Shown in pieces: positions 12,775-25,199 of a DNA stretch of 64,000 nucleotides. The translations under genes were made by a program, and so were the position numbers. The notes beneath the pieces are model-generated. The model was given only the letters and a program-made list of their open reading frames with translations, had not been told where the DNA came from and ran no database searches. The stretch is from Octopus bimaculoides. Lineage: Eukaryota. The stretch covers positions 136,519,281 through 136,583,280 of the forward strand of contig NC_068981.1 of NCBI RefSeq assembly GCF_001194135.2, in the 5' to 3' direction. The first letter of the stretch is position 1, and each line of letters starts with the position of its first letter.

Positions 12775-13070
12775 AGACGAATCGATGCACTGGACCCTGT
12801 AGTTAGGGTTCACGATCGTAATGTCGTAAGTTCAATTCCCGGTGACGCGTTGTGTTCTTGAGTAAGACGCTTTCTTTCTCATTACTCCAGTTCACTCAGC
12901 TAGCAAAAATGAGTAGTACCCGTCTTTCATTCTGTGTTACACTGAATCGCCCTGAGAACTATATGGAGGGTACTGATGTCTGTGAAATGCTCAACCACGA
13001 ACAGGATGTTCTGTTGATCGTGTCAACTGGAAACCCCGTCACCATAACCGACGGAGCGCCAGTTTTATTT
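12775..13070 (+). mobile_element. Diverged family-E tRNA-derived SINE
   Basis: B-box-like AGTTCAATTCC, and its 3-prime part matches 42356-42540. Confidence 0.7.
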
Positions 13071-14516
13071 ATTCACTGAATGCTACAACATACGTAGATT
13101 AGAACTGGGCCCCTAGACCCGTGCCCCCACCCTTGTTAACTGCCCTGTGTACTGATGTAATAAGACGGCACTGCAGATTATAGATTCCTGTCATTTATTT
13201 CTGTAACTTCCGGCTAAATGAGAGGCAGATATTCACTTCTGAAGGAGAAATTGAACTAGAAGTTTTCTCGTAAATGAATCATATTAACGAACTTCTACAT
13301 GGTCGATTTGTTAGAAATAGCAGTCGAATATCTCTCCCTCAGGTCTCCTGCAACAACCTCAAACGAAGACCTCCACGTTGGATAATGTAGACCTACATCT
13401 GAATATAATTTGTTTAAAAGTAAGATAGGATGGTCACGGTTGGAACGTCTACGGTCTCGTTTAACTTGGAGCTAAGCAACAGCTGCTGCACTGTTTGGAG
13501 TGGTGAATTATAGCAACCTTTGACATCTGCTTAGATTGCAGTAGGCAAGGCTGTTATTAAGAGTTGAAGTACTTTGGCCACAAATACAATGCAAGCTGGA
13601 GTGAACTTGGGTACATTACATCATCATCATCATCGTTTAACGTCCGCTTTCCATGCTAGCATGGGTTGGACGATTTCACTGAGGACTGGTGAAACCAGAT
13701 GGCAACACCAGGCTCCAGTCTAATTTGGCAGAGTTTCTACAGCTGGATGCCCTTATATTACATGATGTTAATATAATGTGTAATGTGATGTGGTCATTGT
13801 TAGCATTACTGATACTGTTGATTACTTTTGTCCAGGTCTTTGCTGCTTGTTTTATGGCTCATCATCATTGTTTTAACATCCATTCTTCCATGGTTCAGAT
13901 GGAATTTGTTGAGGCAAATTTTTTATGACTGGATTCCCTTTCTATCATCAATCCTCACCTGTTTCCAAGGAAGATTGGAAATGAACGACACCACTTGTAT
14001 GACAGTGAGATTCTTTTACAAAAGTCATAAAATGTTAAGACAAGAACACACACACACACACACACACATAACAGGCTTCTTTCAGTTTCCATTTACAAAT
14101 CCTCTCAAGGCTTTACTTGACCAGGGCTCTAGTAGAAGACACTTGCCCAAGGTGTCACACAGTAGCACTGAACCTGAGACCACATAGGTGGAAAACAAAC
14201 TTGGTAACTTGGTAATTTTTTAATTTTACATGACCCTCTGATAGACTTTGAATCTAGTGACTATTGAATGCAGAATGGCCACATTAGCAATTATACAAGC
14301 AGATTGTACTAAAATTTCTGCTGACTGTGATTAGCTCATCATTAGTTTTTATCAGGTTTGCTATTTTTAGTAGTGCAATGAGCATTGTATTTTCATTTCC
14401 AGTGATAAGATTTGTACTATCCACTTGTTATACATTATGTAACATGACATAACCGACACATCATTATCTAATTATACGTTATGATGAGACAGTATTTCTC
14501 TATATACTGCAATAAT

Positions 14517-15125
14517 AATCCTTTCTACTATAGGCACAAGGCCTGAAATTTTGGCGGAAGGGTTAAGTTGATTACATCGACCCCAGTACTCAACTGGTAC
14601 TTAATTTATCAATCCTGAAAGAATGAAAGCCAAAATCAACTTAGGTGGAATTTGAATTCAGCATGTAAAGATGGGCAAAATGCCTACGAAATGCTGCTAA
14701 GCATTTTGCCCAGTGTGCTAATGGTTCTGCCAGTTTGCTGCCTTTATATGATGCAATAATAATGACTTCCAACTTTGACACAGCTATGTTTGACTGGCCT
14801 CCGTCGGCTACAATGATGAGTGGTCTAGTTAGTGCGATAAATGGAACAGCCTGCTCATGAAATTAACATGCAAGTGGCTGAGCACTCCACAGACATGTGT
14901 ACACTTAATGTAGTCCTCAGAGAGATTCAGCATGGTACAGCACGTGACAAGGCTGGTCTTTTGATATCAGATACTATTCATTTCTGTCAGCTGATTAATT
15001 GAACAGGAACAATGTGATATAAAGTTTCTTGCTCAAGGATTCAATGTACAGCCAGATACCAAACTTATAACCTTATGATCACGAGCTAAATACCCAAACC
15101 ACAAAGCCATGTCCTTCCATATGCT
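14517..15125 (-). mobile_element. Adjacent family-A (14517-14742) and family-E (about 14785-15125) SINEs
   Basis: Both match intact copies elsewhere in the window. Confidence 0.75.
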
Positions 15126-15290
15126 ATGCTTGAGCTGCAGTCATGGCTGTGTGGTTCTAAAGACCATTTTGCAAACACAAGGTTTTGAGTTTGGCTCCAG
15201 TATGACACTTTTGGCGAGTATCTGCTAATAAAGCCTGAACCCAAGTCACTTCCTTACGAATGCAATTAGTAGATAGAAACTGAGAAGAAG

Positions 15291-15520
15291 GCGGCGAGCT
15301 GGCAGAAACATTAGCACACCGGGCGAAATGCTTAGTGGTATTTCGCCTGCAGCTATGTTCTGAGTTCAAATTCCGCCGAGGTCGACTTTGCCTTTCATCC
15401 TTTCAGGGTCGATTAAATAAGTACCAGTTACTCACTGGGGTCGATATCATTGACTTAATCCGTTTGTCTGTCCTTGTTTGTCCCCTCTGTGAGTAGCCCC
15501 TTGTGGGTAGTAAAGAAATA
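15291..15520 (+). mobile_element. Young family-A SINE with 16-nt TSD
   Basis: AGAAACTGAGAAGAAG at 15275-15290 and 15521-15536. CpGs are intact. Confidence 0.92.
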
Positions 15521-16148
15521 AGAAACTGAGAAGAAGCTGATTGGCATATGGTTTCATAGTTTGACAGGATCCAAGGGCCCAAGAACTGCATTGTGCTCCA
15601 GTGTCTGCTTTGGCATGATTTCTATTGCTGATGCCCTTCTGGATGTGACAAACACTCTTCAGTATGTACTTGGTGCTTTTTTTCATGCCACCAATACTGT
15701 TGACATCTCCATGCAGCTGGTATGGCTACAAATCACTGCAATTGAGTGGGGCTACAGTAGTGGGATGCAACTTTAAGGTAGGAGACGAGAAGATATGAAC
15801 ACAGAGGCCATCTGCAGCAGATGACATTTGCTCATTTGCTGCCCTCACATGAGCTATTGTTTAAGTTAAAAATCATTGTATTAGAGTAATTACTATTGTC
15901 TTTAACAATTAAATGCTTTTTTTTTAAATTCAAAGAACTCAAATATGGGTGGAGTAGAGTGAAACATTGTCAGCCAAGTGGTCTGAGGCAAGCAGTGTTA
16001 TCTCCCTTGGTGAGGGGAACAATTGCCCCATTTGTCATCTCACTGTAATATCCACATTATACATACTCTCTTTGATGAACGCCAAATCATTTATCTTGAC
16101 AATTTTTCCCTTATTTGACAAAGTAATGTTTGCACATATTTTAGTTTC

Positions 16149-16938
16149 GGATCTTTGTGATTTGACGGACAACATTTTTTTATGTAGTGTTTTTGGTACC
16201 GAAACACTTTCAAACTTCGAATACTTGTATATTTTGTGTTATAGAACAGATAAAAAATTTTGTATTCGAAATTATTTCATGTAAAAAATTGTCGTATTTC
16301 GGTAATTTCAACCAATCACTGACATCTGTTGAGGTGAAAGCAATTACGCCATGGAATATAAACAACGGTGTTACGGGATTTTTTCCCTTGAATAAAATTA
16401 GTCCCGTTGTTTGTCAACAAAAACTATCTGTTGTCAACAACAACTATCAGTGGTATATTTTTCGTTTGTCACTGTTATTTATGACATTGTTCGTGCGTTT
16501 GTACTGGTTTTAGCTTTAGGGTTTTAGGGTTAGGGTTAGTTTTAGGATTACGGTTAGGGTTATGATTATTTTTGCCATAACCTTAACTCTAACCCTATAA
16601 CTCATCACCATAACCCTAACCCCGACCCTAACCTCAACCCTAACCCTAAAACCCGAACCCTAACCCTAAACCCTTACTAGGGAATAATGATATAATTAAA
16701 CAGGGAATAACACACTTGACACCGAACAGCAGTAACTGTATTCAGCTGAATAGACGTCAGTGATTGGTTGAAATTACAGAAATACGACAACTTTAACATG
16801 AAATAACTTGCGATGTATAATTTCCTGTTAAGAAGGCTAAGAGAAAAAGTTGTTTTGTATGACACATTCTACCAGTGTCCCAAGTTTGAAAGTGTTTCGT
16901 TAAGAAAACAAGTGTTGCCCGTCAAATCACAAAGATCC
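16149..16938. mobile_element. Merlin-like MITE with telomere-like core and perfect 8-nt TSD
   Basis: TIR GGATCTTTGTGATTTGACGG, TSD TTAGTTTC at 16141-16148 and 16939-16946. Degenerate (GGGTTA)n at 16514-16562 and (TAACCC)n at 16577-16680. Confidence 0.8.
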
Positions 16939-17724
16939 TTAGTTTCAATTAGAAAAATAGTTATTAATAACCACCACCACACTGGTCTTATTTATTCTAT
17001 TGGTCTCTTTTGTTGAGCAGTTAAGTTATGTTCAAATGCATTCCAATCAGGACCATCCCATCTATTTTCATATTACAGGGGCTACTGCATTGTCTAATGT
17101 GACAGTAATAGCATGACAAGAGAGAGAGAGAGAGAGAGAGAGAGCTCTATTTCATCTCTAGCAGAGTCTTCCTTGTTCCATATTGAAATGGGTTGGATAG
17201 GTATATCAAAAACCACCTTGAAAATCTGTTACATTTTGCAGAATTCTAATGTAGGCATCACCATGGGAGCGAACTTGGGATCTCTTGACTGAAAAGCAAG
17301 CTTCTTAACAGCTGAGCTATGCTTGTCTCCAGGCCATACAAACACACACACACACATACATATTTGCACATGCCTACACACACACACACACGTACATGCA
17401 TTTCCAGACAGACCCACCTCACTACACGTTTATATGAATAAAAACACACACACACATCCTGTACATACACACCAGTACGTTAAATAGATAGATAGATAGA
17501 TAGACAGATTGATAGATATATATACAGAGAGAGTTATTGTTAAACACTGCAATCATAACTGTGTATCAGAGAAAGTACGAACTCATACACACACACACGC
17601 ACATATTCACACACACGCTCTCTCTCTCTCTCTCTCTCTCTCTCCTGCTATTCGTAGAAAGGTCAACGAGGTGTTGCAAAGGTCAAGGAAGAACTTGCCA
17701 AGTGATAATGTAAATTTGATAAAA

Positions 17725-17743
17725 AGCCAGCAGGTGGCACTAG
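17725..17743 (+). promoter_or_regulatory. CTCF-like motif AGCCAGCAGGTGGCACTAG
   Basis: Close match to the CTCF core (CCASYAGRKGGCRS) within a unique, more GC/CpG-rich block (17550-18200). Confidence 0.45.
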
Positions 17744-18399
17744 TGGGGTGAATGAAGTTAACAAGCGGTGACTGGTACCGGTAGTAGCGGGGAGAGGAGG
17801 GGAGGGGGAGCATTGTACTTAGACATAACTCACACCTGGCAGTTACTCCATGAGTGTGTATGTGTGTGTATGTGGCAACGATGGGAGGAGGAGGTGTCGA
17901 AGTAATAGTGTGGAGGGAAGAGGTAAATAACAAGGGTGATAGATCATCAATAAATATTTGTAATATACAATAAGTTCGTGCGGTGAGGTGTGATCTGTTG
18001 TTTAGATTAGGGCCAGTCTTTGACCCCTTCCATTTCCACCTCCTATTCTTCCTCTCCTCCTATTCCTGTCCCCCTCCTCCTCCTCCTCTTTCACCTCCAA
18101 TGGGTCCCCCACTGAAACGCTTTTATTTACTAACGCTATTGTTTTGCTGCTGACGTAGACTATCACTCATTAACATATATAATTGCAATGAATAACAATA
18201 ATTCAATTAGAAATATTACATGATGAGGAAAAGACATTATCTCAATGATTAATATTATCGTTTCATTTGGAAATTTCCAAAAACAACTCTATTCTGGCCA
18301 AGAGCACCGTAGCGGGAAAGCGGTGATGTGCCCTGGGTGACACTTTTATAGAAGCAGCATTTTTGGTCTACTGCATAAACCTGTAGACAGGATGGGGAG

Positions 18400-18600
18400 A
18401 ATGAGGATTTTAAACCCAAGGATGGCTCCGGGTGGAACATACACTCTAGCGACGTCACTGTGTATGAGTGTGAAGTATGGACTCTAAAGGTGACGGCCAC
18501 TAAGCGATTAAGGGTGTTTGAGATGATATGGCCTGGACAACAACTGATTTAGTTCTGGGAGACATAGATGTAGAATGAGAATTTGTGATGATGGTCAGAG
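18400..18600 (+). mobile_element. RTE-type LINE ORF2 C-terminal remnant
   Basis: Frame reads VYECEVWTLKVTATKRLRVFEM, matching the LYG.E.WTL....RL..FEM motif. Confidence 0.65.
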
Positions 18601-19199
18601 TAAATTGTAATATTTTGGCTATTTTATCAGGGCCCAGAAACTCTGTACCAACATCCTCAGGGGCTGGGTGGTGGGGGAAGAAAGTGGGCTCATTGGTGGC
18701 AACAATGATGATGGATTGATGATCTGAAGGGTTGGCTGGAAGGAACCCTAGAAGTATGTAAGTTTGCAGTAAGAGATTACAGTGTGTAGAGAATTGTTAC
18801 ACTGGAGTCCAAACCCTAAGCTTCATCCATACACACACACACATACAACAGGTTTCCACACAGTTATCATCCCCAATTCACTCACAGGCATTGGTCAGTC
18901 TGTGGCTATAGTAGAAGACACTTTCCTAAGTTGTCATGCAATAGGACTGAGCCTGAAACCATGTGGTTGCAAAAAGCAAGCTTCTTAACACACAGCCATG
19001 CCTGTGTCTATGCCTGTATAAATCTCCATAACCAAATACCACAAGCATTTTGTCCAATGCTCGAAAGATTCTACCAATCTGAGTTTCTCCTCAAAGGAAG
19101 AATCAATAAATTATAAATGAATAAAATTGTTGTTATTGTTGTTGCTGCTGTTCAACTTATCTCATCAAAAACATTCTGTCTCAAGACTTTTTTTTTGCT

Positions 19200-19610
19200 G
19201 TTGCATAAGTGTGACTGTGTGCTAAGAAGCTTGTTTCCCAACCACATGGTTCCAGGTTCAATCCCACTGCGGAATACCTTGAGCAAGTGTCTTCTACTAT
19301 AGCATTGTGCTGACCAAAGCCTTGTGAGTGGATTTGGTAGACGGAAACTGAAAGAAGCCCATCGTATGTATGTATGTATATATATTTATGTGTGTGTATG
19401 TCTTTGTGTTTGTGTTTGTCAACCTTACCTTTATTTGACAACCAATTTTGGTGTTTATGTCCCTGTAACTTAGCAGTTCTGCAAAAGAGACTAATAGAAT
19501 AAGTGGTAGGCTTACAAAGAATAAGTGCAGAGACCAATTTCTTAGACTAAAACCCTTTAAAGCAGTGCTCCAGCATGGCTGCTGTCAAATGACAGAATAG
19601 GTATAAGCAT
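19200..19610 (+). mobile_element. Full family-B SINE
   Basis: tRNA-like head, internal TA/TG tract and 3-prime module. Confidence 0.85.
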
Positions 19611-21449
19611 AACCATGTGGTCAAGAAGTTTGCGTTGCAACCATATGGTTTTGGGTTCAATCCCACTGGTGGTTACTTTGGGTCATGTGTCTTCTACAGT
19701 TGCCCTGAGCTGAGCAATGCCCTGTGAGTGAATTTGATAGATGGAAACTGCGTGGAAGCCCATAGACCAGTGGTTTCCAAAGTGGGTGGTACTGCTTCTA
19801 TAAAAGCGGTGGAAAGATCCAGGGGGGGGGGCATTGAAGAATAATGGGGTGATCAAAATGGAGCAATGGATGTTAAAAAAAAAAAAATAATGGGTTAATT
19901 AGGTTAAGTTTTATTTGTGAAATACTGTTGTTTTGAATTTGCTGTAGAAAATTGCCTATGTCTGTGATGGTGAGGTGGGAGCACTAAGAATGTGTCCTGA
20001 GAACCAAGTGGGTGACAGCCTGAAAAATTATTAATTTTTTGTAAAGCCTGGTACTTATTCTATCAATCTCTCTTGCTGAACTGCCAAGTTATGGGGATGT
20101 AAACTAACCAACATCAGTTGTCAAGCAGTGGGGGGGGGGGAACAAGCACACACACACACACACATAATGGGCTTCTTTCAGTTTCTGTCTACCAAATCCA
20201 CTCACAAAGCTTTGATTGGTCTGAAACACTTGCCCAAAGTGCCATACAGTGGGACTGAACCGGGAACCACTTGTTTGGGAAGCAAGCATCTTACCATACA
20301 GCCTTGCCTGAGTTTTGAGGACATTATCATAGAAGTGCATTAGCTGTGTTGCATTTGTATCTAAACGTTTGCTTGTAGTGACCTGGACAGAGAGGACTGC
20401 AGCTTGCTCTAACAACAAACTGGTCTTTCATTTGTATAGGTAGTCTTTCATTTTCTTTGGAATTTTTGCTTAGCTGTGTTGGTGGCTGCTCCACGTGGTG
20501 TAAATACGACCTGCACTTGTGACATGTAATGTGCTTTTTGTTTTCTTCGCAGTTTATTGTGGAGAGATTGGACTTAAGTAGGACTAGCAAAGTCCTACTA
20601 CTCTCTCTCTCTCTCTCCCAGGTAGGTCTAGTAGTGTCCTACAAATCTAGCTCTCCCAGGTAAAAACTAGCAGAGTCCAAGCAATCTATCTCTCCCAGGT
20701 AGGACTAGCAGAATCCATAAGAGATATGGCTTGTTGTTGTTTTTGCTGCTGCTGTTCATATTTAACTCCAGATTATTCCTGATTGAGTAGACCTAAGATC
20801 AAAGACTTTCCAGCCATGGCGCACCAATGTGTATTTCCTAATTTCCGACTGTAGAGGAAATCTGGTAGTTATTTCTTATTTTTGTTTGCTCACACATGGT
20901 TGAACAAACAAAATAAGTCAATAGATTGAATTTTTGTTGAAAATTATTGAAAGAAATAAACAATAGCAAAAAAACCAAAAAAAAAACCAGAAACAATCTG
21001 GGTTGTTGATATTTGCAGAAAATTACACGAAATAAGTTATATGCTGCTTTATAGGAAAACTTGGTGGCCTTTTTAGAAAATTTAAGAAAGTTGTTTATGC
21101 TTCTGTAGACAACTCGATATTGGCAGTAAGTTTCAGAAAAGTTGTGTTATAGAAAACTTGGCATTGGTAGAAGGCTTCAGGAAGTTGTGTGTGTGTGTGT
21201 CAATGTGCTTTTCCCCCTTCACTAATAAAAAGTTGGCACATGCTTTCTCTCTGTCTAGTCTACAAAATACTAGACTGTCTTTCCTGTTGATCTCAGGTTG
21301 CTGTCTGGGCTAAAGTGAACTATTCAAAAGACATATGAACATGCTATTGAGGTTTCTAACACTTTCATCTTGACAATCAATCCATTTTTGATACATATTG
21401 AATTGTAATCTGTGTTAGACTGTATGCCACACTGTACTTCTGCTTACAA

Positions 21450-21746
21450 CAGAGATTTTCATACTGTGGTCCGTAGACCACAGGGGTTCCGCAAGGATAA
21501 GACAGGGGGTCCGTGGACAGCAAATACTTTTTATGGGCAATTTGATTTTATATATGTTTTTTAATCGAAATCTTTTAATTGACAATAAACCTATTTGTTA
21601 AATACTGTTAAATAAATAAATGTAAAAATATATGTTATTTTAAGCAAATATTTATGTGTAAATTTCATAAGCGTTTATAAGGGGGTCCCTAAGGTAAAGC
21701 CTGAAATATAAAGGGGTCCGCAAGTCAAAAAGTTTGAAAACCCCTG
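21450..21746. mobile_element. hAT-type MITE
   Basis: Ends CAGAGATTTTCATACT and AGTTTGAAAACCCCTG, perfect 8-nt TSD GCTTACAA (21442-21449, 21747-21754). Confidence 0.85.
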
Positions 21747-21924
21747 GCTTACAAGGTCTGATCAAAAAAGCATCAGGACCGTTGTTATGGTAACAGAGCT
21801 AAAGTATGCAGAGTGAAGCCACTTGGCACAGATTGACCTTGAACTCTGTCATGCATGCACACTAAGTTATAACATTCTTGCTCACTTCCATTCTTGCTCT
21901 TGCTTGGAAGTAAAATGTGTAGAG

Positions 21925-22891
21925 CAGTGTTTCTCAACCTTTTTACCCTTGTGTAACCCTTAAAATAATTACATGTCTCAAGGAAACCCTGCACAAAAAA
22001 ATTACATATCATATCTTGAACATATTTTTTTTTCGTCATAGTTCACATGATAAATATATGATTGATTGCTAAATCCACAAGTTTTTTTATTCTCTCTCTG
22101 TTTGACATCCAGGAAAGTGAGAACGTTTCGAGCCTGCACTCTTCAACAGAAAGGAATATGCGGAAATAAACAGAAAGAGAATAAAAAAACTTGTGGATTT
22201 AGCAATCAATCATATATTTACCATGTGAACTACGATGAAAAAAAAAAATGTTTCAACAGGCGTAGGAGTGGCCGTGTGGTAAGTAGCTTGCTTACAAACC
22301 ACATGGTTCCAGGTTCAGTCCCACTGCGTGGCACCTTGGGCAAGTGTCTTCTACTATAGCCTCGGGCCGACCAAAGCCTTGTGAGTGGATTTGGTAGACT
22401 GAAACTGAAAGAAGCCCGTCATATATATGTATATATATATGTATGTGTGTGTGTGTGCGTATATGTTTGTGTATCTGTGTTTGTCTCTCCAACATCGCTT
22501 GACAACTGATGATGGTGTTTTTACGTCTCCGTAACTTAGCGGTTCGGCAAAAGAGAGCGATAGAATAAGTACTAGGCTTACAAAGAATAAGTCCTGGGGT
22601 CGATTTGCTCGACTTAAGGTGGTGCTCCAGCATGGCCACAGCCACATGACTGAAACAAGTAAAAGAGTAAAAGAGTATATAAATGGTTGTTGTATATTTT
22701 TTGATAACATAATAGGTTAGATAGAAAGATGTCTATATTACAATAGTACAATAACCAATAATATGTTGTGCATGTATAGTAATATTACAATCATGAAATT
22801 AGCATTAGCTTATCTCACTCTTTCTTGCAGTACCTCTAGGAACCTTTTGTGGAACCCTAGGGTTCCGAGAAACCCGGGTTGAGAAATGCGG
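21925..22891. mobile_element. hAT (Charlie-like) MITE carrying a Penelope-like hairpin and a family-B SINE
   Basis: TIR CAGTGTTTCTCAACC / GGTTGAGAAATGCGG, perfect TSD GTGTAGAG (21917-21924, 22892-22899). Confidence 0.85.
22259..22677 (+). mobile_element. Young full-length family-B SINE
   Basis: GGCGTAGGAGTGGCCGTGTGG head through the (AAAGAGTA)n tail, nearly identical to 62072-62499. Confidence 0.92.
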
Positions 22892-23525
22892 GTGTAGAGT
22901 GTGGTCATCTCAAAAAAAAAAAAAGATGGTGTTTAAACCATGCAGCATCTCGTTGATTGTGTCAAGGAAGATTAAAGCTTTTTGAAAGCAGGCATAACTG
23001 GTGATGAATCATGCTTCAATGGTTATGACCACAAAAACCAAATCCCACTTGAATGGAACAAGATTTCCAGACATTGAGGAAATCCAAGAGAATGCAGCAA
23101 GGTAGCTGCTTACTATCCCAAAGAAGAAGCTCCCGCAATGCTTCCATCAATGGAAACAATGCTAGATAAAGTCTGGCTTCAGAAGGGGTCTACTTTGAAG
23201 GAAATTAAATGCCGAATTGATATGTTGCAGTTTTGTTTCTATAGCACCAGTCGGGGCCACCACTGTCATCACCGTCATCTTTTGATGTTCATTAATTATC
23301 CGCACTGGTATGGGTTGAACACCTAATATTTTTTGATCAATTCTTCATACAGTTTGATACTGTTTACACAGTGCTAGGCTAATGCCTTGCATTCAATTTC
23401 AAAATTAAATGGAACATAGGCAGTTATATATTTCATTATAAATATGGTTACGAAAGGGTTCAAATTGTATGTGATAAGCCCTATGACTTAAAAAAGCCCC
23501 TGGCAAACTATGGTAGTTAGGGCAT

Positions 23526-23835
23526 GTGAAGGCACGTGGCTCAGTGCTTAGAGAGTCGGGCTCACAATCATGAGGTAGTGAATTCAATTTCTGAACTGGG
23601 CTGTGTGTTGTGTTCTTGAGCAAGACACTTTATTTCACATTCAGCTGTAGAAATATGTCACGACATCACTGGTGCCAAGCTGTATCAGCCTTTGCCTTTC
23701 TCTTAGATCACACCAGTGGTGGGGAGATGGGAGGCTGGTATGCATGGGAACTGCTGGTCTTCCATAAACAACCTTGTCTGGACTTGTGCCTCCCATGGTC
23801 ATTCATGACTGATGGGGGTTTTTACCCTTACCCAT
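23526..23835 (+). mobile_element. Family-G tRNA-derived SINE
   Basis: A-box GTGGCTCAGTG and body TAAACAACCTTG..GACTTGTGCCTC. Copies at about 28495-28795 (-), 37495-37775 (+) and 51475-51775 (-). Confidence 0.8.
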
Positions 23836-24462
23836 TTAAAGGTCATTTATCACAATGGACTTGTGAGATCATCCTGAGGCTTTGTAAATATCAATGACAA
23901 AATGTCTAAAACAAAGAAGGTACAATTAAAAGCTAGTCTTCTTGAGCTATGATAATGTAAATATTTCAAACGCCATCTGATCTGAGATATTCTAGAAAAG
24001 GTTATGTGACAGAAAAACCATAAACATTGTTGCCAGAAGAAAGATGCAGCTGGTTGGTAGGCTGGCTGGAATTATTTCTTAAGGAGCATCACACTTCATA
24101 AAGGAAACATTTGAAGTATGCCTGGAGCAGGGGATGGTGTGGAGAAAGCGAGACAGAGAAACACTTCATGTGTGTGTACTTATATGAATAAATTTATGTA
24201 TATGTATAGAAAGAGAGAGCTTATGTAATGAAGTGACACATACACACATCATGTGTATGTTGTATGAAGTCACATATTTTCATATGAACAGAAGGATGAT
24301 AATAGAAACACAGTTTTGTCCATTAACAATGCAAAGTCTTTATGTATATGTGTGTATTTACATATGCATACACACACTCATATGCACATACATTCATAAA
24401 GACATATTCAATACACTTTAAAAATTTTAGGTCAGTATACAACCGCTCACACATATTAACTA

Positions 24463-24502
<40 letters not shown>

Positions 24503-25199
24503 AATGTGTGTGTGTGTACACACCTATATTAACTAGATACAGATAAAATGTCAGTGTAAGCATATGTGTGTGTATGTGTGTACATATATATATTAACTAG
24601 GTATATATAGATATATGTGTGAATGTATCTGTGTGGACTCACCTATATTAACCAGCTACAAATAAATATGTGCATGAGTGTGTGTGTATGCAAGTATGTG
24701 TGTATGTTGCTATGTGTATGTGTATACACAAAGATATGTTTAAAAGCACACAGTGACACATAGATACTAGAAACATACAGATGCATCTACACACAAAAGC
24801 AAACTTATTGCTATAAATATCCAAACACACACACACACACACACACACACTCATGGTAAACGAAATCAAATTACATGTCGGCTAAGTTCTATTACTGACT
24901 AAGCTAACTCATTCCGGTTTGTAATAAGTGTACATAAGAAAATCATTAAATATTTTCAGTGAAGCTTAAAAGTGTGAAGAAATCACGATGCTGGGTCATG
25001 TCTTTGGGTTCTTATGTGGCCAGAAAGGAAGTTCAGGGCTGTTATATAAACATGTACCAACAAGCTAATGACAGAATTTCTACAGGATTGCTTGATCTGC
25101 TAGATATATCAACTACCACCCAAGGCTCTCTGTAATATTGCAGAAAATTGCCTTAAGGAAAAGTCACATTGGATGATGTATTTCTAGATAAACTGTGAG

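Larger units (their letters stand above)
21752..23348 (+). mobile_element. Internally deleted mariner element interrupted by a hAT MITE
   Basis: Ends ACAAGGTCTGATCAAAAAAG and TTTTTTGATCAATTCTTCATA. Remnant at 22940-23210 reads ITGDESCFNGYD...NGTRFPDIEEIQENA. Confidence 0.75.

Noticed and set aside
16514-16680. (TTAGGG)n...(CCCTAA)n as a telomere-fusion scar
   Set aside because: It sits inside a TIR- and TSD-bounded element with a relative at 10174, so it is transposon cargo.
20327-20590. ORF MLVLLKSNLSTINCEE...
   Set aside because: Only weak donors, none in phase 0, and no recognisable domain.
22292-22710. Recurrent ORFs ending DGLLSVSVYQIHSQGFGRPEAIVEDTCPRCH
   Set aside because: These are antisense translations of family-B SINE copies, not a gene family.
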